From NCBI GenBank assembly GCA_963695225.1, contig OY968762.1, positions 160,001 to 224,000 of the forward strand: a stretch of DNA of 64,000 nucleotides, read 5' to 3'. Numbering within the stretch: position 1 is the first letter of the stretch; the number at the start of each line of letters is the position of its first letter. Source of the DNA: Vulcanimicrobiota bacterium (GTDB lineage Bacteria; Vulcanimicrobiota; Vulcanimicrobiia; Vulcanimicrobiales; Vulcanimicrobiaceae). Of the stretch, positions 20,180 through 29,880 are shown piece by piece. The translations under genes were made by a program, and so were the position numbers. The notes beneath the pieces are model-generated. The model was not told the DNA's origin, did no database searches, and saw only the letters and a list, made by a program, of their open reading frames with translations.

Positions 20180-20454
20180 CGTGGTATGTGCACTCCTTGA
20201 CGTATAGCCCTCAGTTTTTTTGCCGCGGATAAGCGAGGGTTTGCAGCTTGCGGACGGACTCCTCGGGCCTGATGTAGCAAAATAGACGCTGCGCCGTGCG
20301 CGTGCTTTGGCAATGCGAGGCTCGCGTACGATGTACCGAACGCGAGCCTCGGCGTCAAGTCTCTTGTGGTTAACGTGGGCCCCGCCGGGTGCTACGAAGT
20401 GAGCATTCCCGCGCAAATTGCGACGTTTGTCGGGCGTCGCGGCCGGCTGCGCGC

Positions 20455-21981
20455 CTAGACGGGATCGAAGGCTCCGGTCGCGATCATCGCTTCGCTCATG
20501 CGGCGCGCTTCGCGCAGGGTCGACTCGTCGCCGGCTTCGTTCTTGGGGCGGTCGGCGAGCAGCCGGGCCAACTCCTCGTCGAAGAACGCGGTGACTTCGG
20601 CGGCGGTGTGCATGCCGTGCCGGATGCGCTGCGCGATCATGAGGCGGTAGATGCGGTCGGTCGCGAGGTCTTCCATGTATCCGTCGAGGAGGCTCGCGCC
20701 CTTCCCATTCAGATAGCCGTTGCGGTACCGGATGACGGTCCGCACCGCCGCGCGCGTTCCGGCTTCGGTACGCCGGCCGACGCCTTCGATCGAGGGGCGC
20801 ATGTTCGGGTGGGCATCGAAATCCGGCTTGAAGCTCGCGAGTTGGTTGGGCTGAGGGAACTGCGCCACAGCGATCGCGTTTTGATCCGGGTGCCCGGTCC
20901 AAGCCCCGTCCATCAGGCAGTTCGCTTCGTTCTTCTTGTCCTGCGCGAGGACGGCGAGCGCGCGCGCGTTCAACTCCGGATCCTCGCGGCTCGGGAAGAG
21001 CGCGGTCATGCCGCCGATCGCGAGCATTCCGTGCTTGTGGCAAATCGAAGGGATCAGCGTTCGCAGGTGCTGGAAGAACGCGACGTCGTGCGGGATCGTG
21101 TTGCGATCGGGCAGCACCCAGTTCGGATCGTCGAGATTGAAATGGATCAAGCTCGCCATGTAATCCCAGCGCCCGAGGTTGAGGCCCATCAAGTGCTCGC
21201 GCAGATTGTACGCGAATTCTTCGAGTTGGAACGCGAGCGGATGCGCTTCGACGAGCGCCATGCAGCGGATCGCGTCCTTCGGCTGATTCTTCAGCGCGGC
21301 GAGCGCCTGAAATACATCGCGCCACCAGAGCGCTTCCTCGGCCGCTTCGGATTTCGGGATGTAGATGCACAGCGGATGCCGCAGGCGCGCGAAATCGACT
21401 TGGAATACGAGTAGCGCGAGATCGAAGAGCGAAGCGGAGGTCGGCTCGTCGTAGACGCCGGCCTGCGAGAGGTGCAGGCCGCGCACGCGCGTGAACGTCA
21501 CCGTCGGTGAAGGCTCGATCGCGACGGTGCGGCCGCGCTTCTCGTCGTCGTAGGTCAGCGTGCCGTACAACGCGGCGAGCACGTTGCGCGTGCCGAGCAT
21601 GGCATGCGACCACTCGTTCGCCATCGAGTCCTCGAGATCGAGCATCACGCCCGGCGCGCCCGAGTTGAGCATCTTGACGCACAAGTCCGCCTCGTCGGAG
21701 GGGCCCGTCATCTGGTTGCGCTGATCGGCGCACCACGCCGGGAGTTCGATCCTCCACTCGCTCGTGGTCGCGACGGAGGGTGGAAGATATCCCGGCCGCT
21801 CGCCCCGCTGCGAGGCCGCGAGCACGTCCTTGCGGCGCGCCGCGAGCGCCGCCTGGCGCGGCGTGAAGCGTTCGTGGAGCGGGCGGTAAAACGCGGCGAA
21901 GCCCGCGGGCAAATCGCGTTCGAGCGAAAACCCGTCCGGGGCTCGGCTCATGCCGGGCGCGGACGCAGCACTCGTATTCAC
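20455..21981 (-). CDS. aceB: Malate synthase
   Basis: MTGP, LNSGA..MLDLEDS, YIPKSE, GLNLGRWDY, AIGGM, DGAWTGHP, MEDLAT; GAGGAG RBS before GTG. Confidence 0.9.
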   Translation of the reverse strand: MNTSAASAPGMSRAPDGFSLERDLPAGFAAFYRPLHERFTPRQAALAARRKDVLAASQRGERPGYLPPSVATTSEWRIELPAWCADQRNQMTGPSDEADLCVKMLNSGAPGVMLDLEDSMANEWSHAMLGTRNVLAALYGTLTYDDEKRGRTVAIEPSPTVTFTRVRGLHLSQAGVYDEPTSASLFDLALLVFQVDFARLRHPLCIYIPKSEAAEEALWWRDVFQALAALKNQPKDAIRCMALVEAHPLAFQLEEFAYNLREHLMGLNLGRWDYMASLIHFNLDDPNWVLPDRNTIPHDVAFFQHLRTLIPSICHKHGMLAIGGMTALFPSREDPELNARALAVLAQDKKNEANCLMDGAWTGHPDQNAIAVAQFPQPNQLASFKPDFDAHPNMRPSIEGVGRRTEAGTRAAVRTVIRYRNGYLNGKGASLLDGYMEDLATDRIYRLMIAQRIRHGMHTAAEVTAFFDEELARLLADRPKNEAGDESTLREARRMSEAMIATGAFDPV

Positions 21982-22024
21982 GTTGGGGATCTCCTCGGCG
22001 CGGGGCGGGTTGAGAGTTCCCTTG

Positions 22025-23491
22025 TTAGCGGGTCGCCGTGAGTTGCTCCTGGCGTCGAAGCGCTCCGGCGCGAAACGTTTCGCCTAGCGAAATCGACGCG
22101 AGCGCGAGCAGCCCGATCCACGTCGGGAACTTAGCAAGCGTGTACGCGACGCCGTTCGACTGCGCGATCTCGCGGACGAACACGTCCCACGTCTTTTCGG
22201 CTAGCGCGCCCGGATCGTAGGCCGCAGCGAGCGCGGCCCCCGGATCGGGGATCGGCGTGAAGAACGCCGCCGGGACGGCGGAAAGGAGCGCGGCGCCGCC
22301 CGCCAGCGCGGCAACCGCGAGCGGCCGCTCGACTCCGAGACTCCAAGCGAGGGCGAGGATCGCGAGCGCGACGCACAGCGGAAACGCGGGACCGAGATTC
22401 GCGAATTGCACCCAGGGGATGGCGACGAGGCCGAGTGCGGCACCGAGCGTCGCGCGCCGCTGCGGCAGGGCCGCGTACAAGAGCGTTGCAGCCGGGATGG
22501 CGGCCGCCATCTGCGCGGCGTGAACGAACGGACCGCCGACGAGCGTGAACGCAACGGGGAGCGCTGCGAGGAGTGCCGGAGCTTCCAATCGCTCGGCGAG
22601 GATCTTCGCCGCCGCGAGGCCCGCGACGAGCATCGCGACGTAAGAGAGAGAGCCCAGGCGCAACGCGAGGGCGTCGGATGCGCCGAGTTGATGCGCGAGA
22701 AACGTTAGGCTGAGCTGCTTTTCGTTGACGAGTTCCGATAGCGCATGGGCCGGGATCACGGCGCGCAGATACTCGGCATTTTGCGCGAAGCCGGCCAGCC
22801 CGAGCGAGAGCGCGGCGCACGCGACGCCGCAAGCGGCGAGCGCGAGGCGCGTGCGCGGCACGAAGAGCAAGAGCGCGAGGCACGCCGGGAGCCCGACGTG
22901 CGGCTCGATCATCGCCGCGGCGGCGCACGACGCGGCGAGCGCGTAGCGTTCGCGCGAGAGCGCCCAGGCGGCCCCCGCGATGCCCGCGACCGCGACCGGC
23001 ACGACTTGCCCTTGGCTCATCGCGGCGAGGCCGTCGACCAGCGCGAGCGACGCGATCGTCCCCGCGAGGGGCAGGCCCGTCAGCGCTCGCAGCGCCCACG
23101 CCGTAGAAAGCACGCAAGCGAGCGAGATTGCGAGCCACGCGAGGACGGCGGCTCCGTACGGCAAGTGCGCGAGCAAGGCGAACGGTGCGAGCGCGTAGGG
23201 GGGCAAGGGAGCCGGCATCGAGAGATGCGGGATCTGCTGGTTCAGTCCCCAGGGCTTCGGCATCCGCTCGCAGGTCCCGAGGGGTTCCGCCAGATACGGG
23301 TCCGCGTGCTCTGCGACTGCCTTTCCTGCGCAATAGAAGGCGTTGAAATCGCGCATGAGGCCGCTCGGCCGGAGCTGCCACGAAGCGGGGCCGAGCGCGA
23401 CGGCGAGCAGGATCGCGGCGAGGCCCGCGATCAGCACGATCGCCTTCGCGCGATCCAGGGCACGCGGGGCCCCGCTATGATTCCGCATCAC
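22025..23491 (-). CDS. GT87-like (DUF2029) polytopic membrane glycosyltransferase
   Basis: DFNAFYCAG..DPY, PLPPY, many TM segments. Confidence 0.7.
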   Translation of the reverse strand: MMRNHSGAPRALDRAKAIVLIAGLAAILLAVALGPASWQLRPSGLMRDFNAFYCAGKAVAEHADPYLAEPLGTCERMPKPWGLNQQIPHLSMPAPLPPYALAPFALLAHLPYGAAVLAWLAISLACVLSTAWALRALTGLPLAGTIASLALVDGLAAMSQGQVVPVAVAGIAGAAWALSRERYALAASCAAAAMIEPHVGLPACLALLLFVPRTRLALAACGVACAALSLGLAGFAQNAEYLRAVIPAHALSELVNEKQLSLTFLAHQLGASDALALRLGSLSYVAMLVAGLAAAKILAERLEAPALLAALPVAFTLVGGPFVHAAQMAAAIPAATLLYAALPQRRATLGAALGLVAIPWVQFANLGPAFPLCVALAILALAWSLGVERPLAVAALAGGAALLSAVPAAFFTPIPDPGAALAAAYDPGALAEKTWDVFVREIAQSNGVAYTLAKFPTWIGLLALASISLGETFRAGALRRQEQLTATR

Positions 23492-23527
23492 TTAGATCAT
23501 CGGCTAGGCGCGGGGCCCGCCTGAGGC

Positions 23528-25108
23528 TCACGGCGCCGCGGCGCTGCCGAAATCGACCTGCGCGAGCGCCGTGCCGTTCGGGCTCCCGAGCCCGGTGCAG
23601 GCGTCCCAGCCCTTCGCCGCCGCGAAGCTGCCGTTGTTTCCCACGAGGATATCTCTGAACGCCGCCGGGTTCGCGTACAGCTTGGGATTCACGTATCCGG
23701 CAGAGGTCGCTTTCGCGGCGTTGATCCGTGCCATCAAAGCGGCCCACAACGGCGCGACCGCGCTCGTCCCTCCGAACGTCGTCTCCGTTCCGTCTACGCG
23801 GACGACGTATCCCGTTTGCGGGTCGGCATCGCCGCTCACGTCGGGGACGCCGCGCCCGGCGAGCGGCGTGCTCGCGCCCTGGCTCGTGAGCGTCTGCAAT
23901 CCGGTTTGCCACGTGGGAGGCGGGAACACGGCGCTCACCCCGCCGCCCGTCGCGCCGCCGGACGCGCCGTCGTTCCAGGCCGATTCGCTCGAGATCGTTC
24001 CGTTGGAGGCGACGAGGCTCGTCCCGCCGCAGGCGAGCGCGAACGGGCTCGAGGCGGGGAAGTCCACGTGGTCGCCGCTCTCCCCGTCGCTCGAACCGTT
24101 GTCGCCCGAGGCGGCGCAGACCGTGACCCCCAATGCCGCCGCGGCCTGAAAGGCTTGATCGAGCGCCGTCCTCGCCTGCGCCGTCCAACCGTCTTCGGGA
24201 GCACCCCAGCTGATCGAGATCACGTTCGGTTTGTTCTCGGCGTCGTGGGCGGCCGTCGTCACGGCGTCGAGGAAGCCTGCGTCAGTATTCGGCGCGAAGT
24301 ACACGACGATCTTCGCGAGCGGCGCGATCGAGCCGGCAACTTCGATATCGAGCACGACCTCGCCGTCGGGCCCGTCCGCGGAACCCGTCGGCGCATTCGT
24401 TGCGCCGTCGACCGAGACGCTGGAGACGAGCGGCGGCGCGATCTTCAGCTCCGCGAAATACTGCGTGAGGTCGGTTTCCGCGTAGCCGCCGCCTAGCTCG
24501 ATGAGCGCGATTGTCTGCCCCTGCCCGCCGCCCGCCGGGAATGCGTACAAATCCGCGACTTGCGGCGGCGTGTAGGAGGCAGGCGCCGCCGCAGATTCCG
24601 CAGCGCCGCCCCTTCCCGCATCGAGAATCCGGAAGTGTGGTTTGGCTTGCGGGCGGTTGTCGAGGCCGAGCACCGCTTCCACGATGCCGTCGAGCGCATC
24701 GGGCAAAAAGACGGTCCCCGTGCGCCCGCGATACGAGCCGCCTTCGTACTCGTAGCGGTTGAGCTTCACGCCGAACGCCGCTTGGAATTGCGCCACCGTG
24801 CCGGCGAGGATGACCGTCCGGCGCGCCGCGTCCGACCGGACGATCGCGAGGCCGTGCCCGGTCGCGAAGGCGGCGACCGCCGCGAGTTCCGCGGGGTCGG
24901 CGCCGAACTGCTCCGCGAACGCTTCCCGCGTCAGGTTCGCGGCCCGGGGATCGGCGGCCGCGAGCCGGGCGACGTGCGCGTCGAACGCGCCGGCGGCTTT
25001 GCGGCGGACGATGACCGTGACTTGGAGGCGTTCGGAGAGATCGGCGGGGCCGACCTCGCGCGCCCCCGCCATCGGCTCTTTGTGGCTGGCTGCAAGCGGC
25101 TTGGACAT
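23528..25108 (-). CDS. S53 (kumamolisin/sedolisin) peptidase with prodomain
   Basis: EVVLDIE, SISWG, ASGDNG, GATGGG, RGVPDV, GGTSAVAP, WDACTGLGSP; GGAGGT RBS. Confidence 0.95.
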   Translation of the reverse strand: MSKPLAASHKEPMAGAREVGPADLSERLQVTVIVRRKAAGAFDAHVARLAAADPRAANLTREAFAEQFGADPAELAAVAAFATGHGLAIVRSDAARRTVILAGTVAQFQAAFGVKLNRYEYEGGSYRGRTGTVFLPDALDGIVEAVLGLDNRPQAKPHFRILDAGRGGAAESAAAPASYTPPQVADLYAFPAGGGQGQTIALIELGGGYAETDLTQYFAELKIAPPLVSSVSVDGATNAPTGSADGPDGEVVLDIEVAGSIAPLAKIVVYFAPNTDAGFLDAVTTAAHDAENKPNVISISWGAPEDGWTAQARTALDQAFQAAAALGVTVCAASGDNGSSDGESGDHVDFPASSPFALACGGTSLVASNGTISSESAWNDGASGGATGGGVSAVFPPPTWQTGLQTLTSQGASTPLAGRGVPDVSGDADPQTGYVVRVDGTETTFGGTSAVAPLWAALMARINAAKATSAGYVNPKLYANPAAFRDILVGNNGSFAAAKGWDACTGLGSPNGTALAQVDFGSAAAP

Positions 25109-25229
25109 CGGAATCCACCTCCCCCAACGGTAGCCGGCGCTACGAATCCGTCCCGGGCGGAAGGTCCTCCTGCTTGGCCGTATCTCCTCCAGGGATGCAC
25201 CGCGCATTGCTCAAATCCGAAATGCGTGC

Positions 25230-25307
25230 GCGCCCGTAGCTCAAATTGGATAGAGCGAGGGACTCCTAAGCCCTAGGTTGCTGGTTCGATTCCAGTCGGG
25301 CGCACCA
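25230..25307 (+). tRNA. tRNA-Arg(CCU)
   Basis: GCGCCCG/CGGGCGC, anticodon loop CTCCTAA, GGTTCGATTCC, CCA end. Confidence 0.93.
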
Positions 25308-25359
25308 CCGAACTCGAGCCGAAGAAGAATCCGCGGCGTTCCAGGCGGAAGAAGCGCGC

Positions 25360-28300
25360 GTGGACACCCTTGCGTCCGATCTGTGGCGTACGCTCGTCGG
25401 CGTGCTTCGCTTGCAGGGCGGGGCGTTCACCGGCGATTTCGCGCTCCCGCACCCGGCGGCCGTCGCCGTGGCGGTCGTGCTTGCCGCCGGGTTCTCGGAA
25501 GCGGTCTCGCAGAGCGTCGTCCTGTTCGCGAACCGCGTCAAGCCGCTACGGTTCGTCTTCAGCCTGGCGGTGAACGTGCTGTTGTTCGCGTTCGGATACG
25601 CGTTCGCGGTCGTCGCGACGTGGGCGATCGTATCGCTGCCGGGGCAAGCGCACGTCGCGCTGCCGGCGCTCGCGCTCGTCTTCGCGCTCAGCTACGTGCC
25701 GCTGCTCTTCGCGTTCTTGGGCGCGCTGCCGTATCTCGGTCTGCCGATTCTGTGGGTGCTGCGGATCTGGCACCTCTTGGCGATTGTCGTCGGCGTTGCC
25801 GCGGTCGCGCAGGTCTCGCTCTTCGTTGCGTTCACGTACGTGGGCTTCGGCTGGATCGTGCTGACGATCGCCCAGCAGACGTTCGGAAAACCGGTCGCCC
25901 AACTCGGCGAACGCATCCTCGATGCGGTCGCGGGCGTTCGCTTGACGGGGAGCGAGCAGGTCGCGGTCGCGCGCAAGCGCCCCGGCGCCGCGTCGCCCTC
26001 GGTGAGCGCCGGCGCGGCGAGCGCGCCCGCGGCGGGAGAAGGCGTCGCCGTCGCCTCACGCTCGCATTCGAATCGATGGATGGCTCTCGCCGGAATCGCC
26101 TTCATCGCGTGCGTCTCGTACGTGGTGGCCCTTTCGCTCGGTCCGATGCGCGGGGCGATCTTCTCGCTCGACCGGCAGGCCCCGATCTACCTGCGGCTCC
26201 CGCTCGATCTCGCGTGGGTCGCGCTCGTCGGGATCATCGTCGCGGGCTTCATGGCGCCGGTCGAGACGCTCGGCTGGTGGGCGGGCTGGTACGGCGACGA
26301 GATCGACAGGGGCCCCGCGGAGCGCGAGAACGGCCAAAGCTCGCAGAGCGCTCCAAGTTCCGGCGAAATCGTCTCGCGCTACATCGTCTATCTCGACGGG
26401 ATCGAACAGTCGAGCGGCCGGTACACGCCCGACGTCGAGCGATTCCTCGATTCGCTCGCGCCGCTGTTGCCGAAAGACGTGCGGCTCGTGCGCGGCATCA
26501 TGACGTATTCGGTGCTGAACCGGCCGCTCGACGACGATCCGATCCTCGCGCGCTTCTGGGTCTTCGTCGACAAGCTGCGTCTGAAGAATCCTGCGAGCCT
26601 GCTCGGGATGTTCGTGAACTTGCGCAACGTCCTGATCGTCGCCGTCTCGGCGGATCAACGTTACGGTCCGCTCTACAACTACGGCATCGCGCAGGTCATC
26701 TACGACGCGTTGATCGAGAACGGCTACCGCCGCAACAGCGGCACGCCGCTGACGCTGATCGGCTACAGCGGCGGCGGACAGATGTCCGCGGCGTCGGCGG
26801 CGTTCCTCAAGCGCGCGCTCGACGCGCCCGTCGACGTGATCTCGCTCGGCGGCGTGATCAGCGGCGATTGCCGGGTCCTGGAACTCGAACACCTCTACCA
26901 TTTCGTCGGCGACAAGGACGGCATCGAGCGCTTGGGGCCGATCATGTTTCCATCGCGCTGGAAGATCTCGGTCCTCTCGTATTGGAATCGCGCGCTGAGG
27001 CTCGGGCGGTTGACGCAGTTCTCGCTCGGGCCGGTCGGGCATCAAGTCCCCGGCGGGATGATGGATCCCGTCGCGCGGCTCCCCGACGGGCGCACGTTCC
27101 TGCAGCAGACGCTCGACTACATCACGCGCGTCCTTGCGGGGAATCTCGTGACCGCCGCTCCGGGCGCCGTTGTCGAGCGGAGCAATTACGAGCGCTACGT
27201 GCAGGCGCCGTGGAACCGGCCCGAATTCTATCCGCTCGACGCGCGCGTCGACGCCGAGCACTTCCGCCCGATCGGCGAGTGGATGGGGCGTCTGATTTTG
27301 CCCAAGCGCGAAGAGCGCGCGCTCGTCGGCGGCGCATGGTTCGAAATCCATCACGCGAGCGACGAGCATCGCGACCTCGTCGGGAAGACGGTGAAGCTGC
27401 GCTGGAGCGATGCGCCGCGCGTGCGCGCGTTCGTCCGCGCCGTCACGCGCGACGTCCACTTCAGCGCGCAGGCCGAATACACGAGCCGCTACGGCGGCTT
27501 GATCCAGCCGGTGCGCCTCGATCATCGGCTGCTCGTCGATCCCCTCGAATCGCTCGCCGGGGCGCGCCCGCTCGACGATATGCTCGTGATGCTGGCAGGC
27601 CCCGTCGAAGTCGAGCCGGGCGGAGAGATCGTGCGGATCTCGAGGCAACCGGTCCAGATCAGCGGCCGCCACTACGCGCTCGTGCGCTTCCTAGCGCCGT
27701 TCGGCGACGACCGTTACACGGTCGCCCACTTCAACCGGGAGACGCGCGAATTCGACGGCCCGCGCGAGACGTTTCGCCTGCCCCCCGTCGTCACCGACGT
27801 CGAAGGGCGCGAGCCCTCGAGTCCGCGCGGCATCGAACACACGCCGCTCAACGCCGCGGGCTGGTACGCGTACGGCTCCCCGGACGCGAACGGACTCTTC
27901 GTCGTCACCGCACTCGCCCCGCGCGCGCTCGTCGGCCTGCAACCGGAGCGCATCGTCCCCAGCGGCAACGGCGACGAGTGCCGCTACGTCCACCGCATAA
28001 GCTGGCCCGACGTCGTCGCGAGCAAAGGCACGACGCTTTCCGTCCGCCTCGGCGACGAAGATTGGAAACTCGGCGACAGCGCGCTCGTGGTGCACGTCTA
28101 CGGCGGCATCGGCGGAAAACAAGGCGAAGCCGTCGCCGCAAAGCCGTTCTACGCCGGCCATTTCGCATTCGGCTCCGCCGAAGTGGTGCACGATCCCCTC
28201 GCCGGCGAGCCGCGCTTCGACATCGTCTACCGCCAGGTCTACGCGCACAACCGCGACGGAATCGTCGCGGGCGCCATCCACTGGTCGCGCTACCTCGGAG

Positions 28301-28827
28301 ACCGCCAATTCGGCTGGTCCGGCCTGCGCCCGGTCTGCGACGTGCTGTTGAAAGCCGAAGGTTTCCGGCTCGACTCGTTCATCGATCAACTCGACGCGCT
28401 GACGGCGCGCTACCGCATCGGCAACGGCACGGGCGCGAGCTACGTCTCCGCGTTCAACAACTGCACGCAGGACTCGTGCCGCGCGCTCCTCGCAACGCTT
28501 CGCCGGGTCGACCGTCTCGCCGCCCCCGGCACCTCCAGGCGCGACATCCTCGGCCTCACGCGCGACCTGCGCCGCTGCCTCCAACCGTTCGGCCAACCCG
28601 CCCGCCCCGGGACCGGCAACGAATTCAGCCTCGACAGCACCTTCGAAGACGGCCTCCTCGACCAGCTCCGCGTCGTGCTCGGAAGCTGGCGCCTGATCTT
28701 CCCGCGCATCGCGAGCAACACGATCGTCGAGGCCTTCCTGAAGCACGGCGCCTCCGGCTGGGTCCTAGGCACCGACCAGCTCGGCGACCGCCCGGAGATC
28801 GAGCCCGTGGTCCCGTTTGCGCTGTGA
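25360..28827 (+). CDS. Large membrane protein: TM bundle + alpha/beta-hydrolase-like domain + uncharacterised C-terminal region
   Basis: About 7 TM segments, IGYSGGG nucleophile-elbow motif, C-terminal HVYGGIGG/GHFAFG/YAHN/GDRQFGW motifs. Confidence 0.75.
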   Translation: MDTLASDLWRTLVGVLRLQGGAFTGDFALPHPAAVAVAVVLAAGFSEAVSQSVVLFANRVKPLRFVFSLAVNVLLFAFGYAFAVVATWAIVSLPGQAHVALPALALVFALSYVPLLFAFLGALPYLGLPILWVLRIWHLLAIVVGVAAVAQVSLFVAFTYVGFGWIVLTIAQQTFGKPVAQLGERILDAVAGVRLTGSEQVAVARKRPGAASPSVSAGAASAPAAGEGVAVASRSHSNRWMALAGIAFIACVSYVVALSLGPMRGAIFSLDRQAPIYLRLPLDLAWVALVGIIVAGFMAPVETLGWWAGWYGDEIDRGPAERENGQSSQSAPSSGEIVSRYIVYLDGIEQSSGRYTPDVERFLDSLAPLLPKDVRLVRGIMTYSVLNRPLDDDPILARFWVFVDKLRLKNPASLLGMFVNLRNVLIVAVSADQRYGPLYNYGIAQVIYDALIENGYRRNSGTPLTLIGYSGGGQMSAASAAFLKRALDAPVDVISLGGVISGDCRVLELEHLYHFVGDKDGIERLGPIMFPSRWKISVLSYWNRALRLGRLTQFSLGPVGHQVPGGMMDPVARLPDGRTFLQQTLDYITRVLAGNLVTAAPGAVVERSNYERYVQAPWNRPEFYPLDARVDAEHFRPIGEWMGRLILPKREERALVGGAWFEIHHASDEHRDLVGKTVKLRWSDAPRVRAFVRAVTRDVHFSAQAEYTSRYGGLIQPVRLDHRLLVDPLESLAGARPLDDMLVMLAGPVEVEPGGEIVRISRQPVQISGRHYALVRFLAPFGDDRYTVAHFNRETREFDGPRETFRLPPVVTDVEGREPSSPRGIEHTPLNAAGWYAYGSPDANGLFVVTALAPRALVGLQPERIVPSGNGDECRYVHRISWPDVVASKGTTLSVRLGDEDWKLGDSALVVHVYGGIGGKQGEAVAAKPFYAGHFAFGSAEVVHDPLAGEPRFDIVYRQVYAHNRDGIVAGAIHWSRYLGDRQFGWSGLRPVCDVLLKAEGFRLDSFIDQLDALTARYRIGNGTGASYVSAFNNCTQDSCRALLATLRRVDRLAAPGTSRRDILGLTRDLRRCLQPFGQPARPGTGNEFSLDSTFEDGLLDQLRVVLGSWRLIFPRIASNTIVEAFLKHGASGWVLGTDQLGDRPEIEPVVPFAL

Positions 28828-28890
28828 CCGGGTGCGCCGCGCCGGGGCTGGGCGGCACGCCTGCCACCGCATGCTTTGAGGCAGGCCGGC

Positions 28891-29442
28891 TTATGGCGAG
28901 CGTTTACACGTGCTCTTGACGTCGACCGTCTTGCCGACCTTCGTTCTGAAGCTGTATTCCGTTGTCATGACGTCGCCGTTGAGCGCCACCTTCTGGTCGG
29001 TAAAGGAGGCGGCGTCCCCTTGCGGTTTCTGAAGCGCGGCGTCGTGCCAGATCCAAGTGTTGCCGTGCGGACCGGCCGACGTTGTCATGTCGTAGCTTCC
29101 CTCGTCGTCGATGTAGATGTCGACCCAGCGCTTTTGAGACGCGTCGTAGGTGTAGTACTCCGTCGACGTGACCTTGTGCGGGTACCAGGCGGAAGGCTCG
29201 CTGATCCCCTTATTGACGATCCAGCTGCCCGAGGGATCGAGCGAGAACGTGTAGGTGCTCGCGACGGCGGCCGGGCGGCGCGAGCTCTTCGTCGAGCAAG
29301 ACCAGGAGCCGATGAGACCTTTCATGGCAGTCAGGTCGGGCTTCGGCGGAGCGGGGATCGGCGACGCCGTCGACTGGGCGGCGACCGGTGCGGCGCTCGC
29401 CATGGCGCATAGGAGTCCGGCAAGGGGAAGGAGATTTCTCAA
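28891..29442 (-). CDS. Secreted hypothetical protein
   Basis: GGAGGA RBS + TTG, signal peptide, LIGSWSC, YDASQKRWV. Confidence 0.75.
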   Translation of the reverse strand: MRNLLPLAGLLCAMASAAPVAAQSTASPIPAPPKPDLTAMKGLIGSWSCSTKSSRRPAAVASTYTFSLDPSGSWIVNKGISEPSAWYPHKVTSTEYYTYDASQKRWVDIYIDDEGSYDMTTSAGPHGNTWIWHDAALQKPQGDAASFTDQKVALNGDVMTTEYSFRTKVGKTVDVKSTCKRSP

Positions 29443-29880
29443 TGCTGATTCCTCCAATAGACGCGCGTGGGGGAGCGCTCGATTCGGTCCGGACGTGGAA
29501 AGGCCTCGCAACGGGCTTTTTCCGCAACGGACGGGTCCGCGGCTTGCGCGCTGCGAGTTCGGGGCCGCTGACGATGCCGCCGGCACCTCTCGCACTGCTA
29601 GAGGCTCCCTGTCCTACATCGTTGCTAGCTCCGCTTGAGAGCATCAAGCGGGTGACCGGGCAGCGGTCAAGCGCGATCGTGCTGGATTACGTCGCGGCGG
29701 CAACGCTCGACGACGATCCGCCGCCGTTGGAAATCGCGGCTGATCACTCCGAAGCGCAATCGCGAAGCGTCATTGCCTCGCCGCGTAGAGAGCTGACGCG
29801 CCGCGTGAGGATCGATATGTCCGACGCTCTCGCGCCGTTATGGCCTCGGCGAAGACGGTGAAATACTGTATAATCACTAG

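Noticed and set aside
20274..20287. NtcA-like site upstream of glnA
   Set aside because: GTA-N8-GAC is a mismatch and could occur by chance
18749..21757. 1002-aa 'fusion' ORF ending in glutamine synthetase
   Set aside because: The upstream part is an off-frame shadow of malate synthase; glnA has its own RBS and ATG at 20179
20455..21981. Glyoxylate-shunt operon
   Set aside because: No isocitrate lyase in the window; unlinked malate synthase is common
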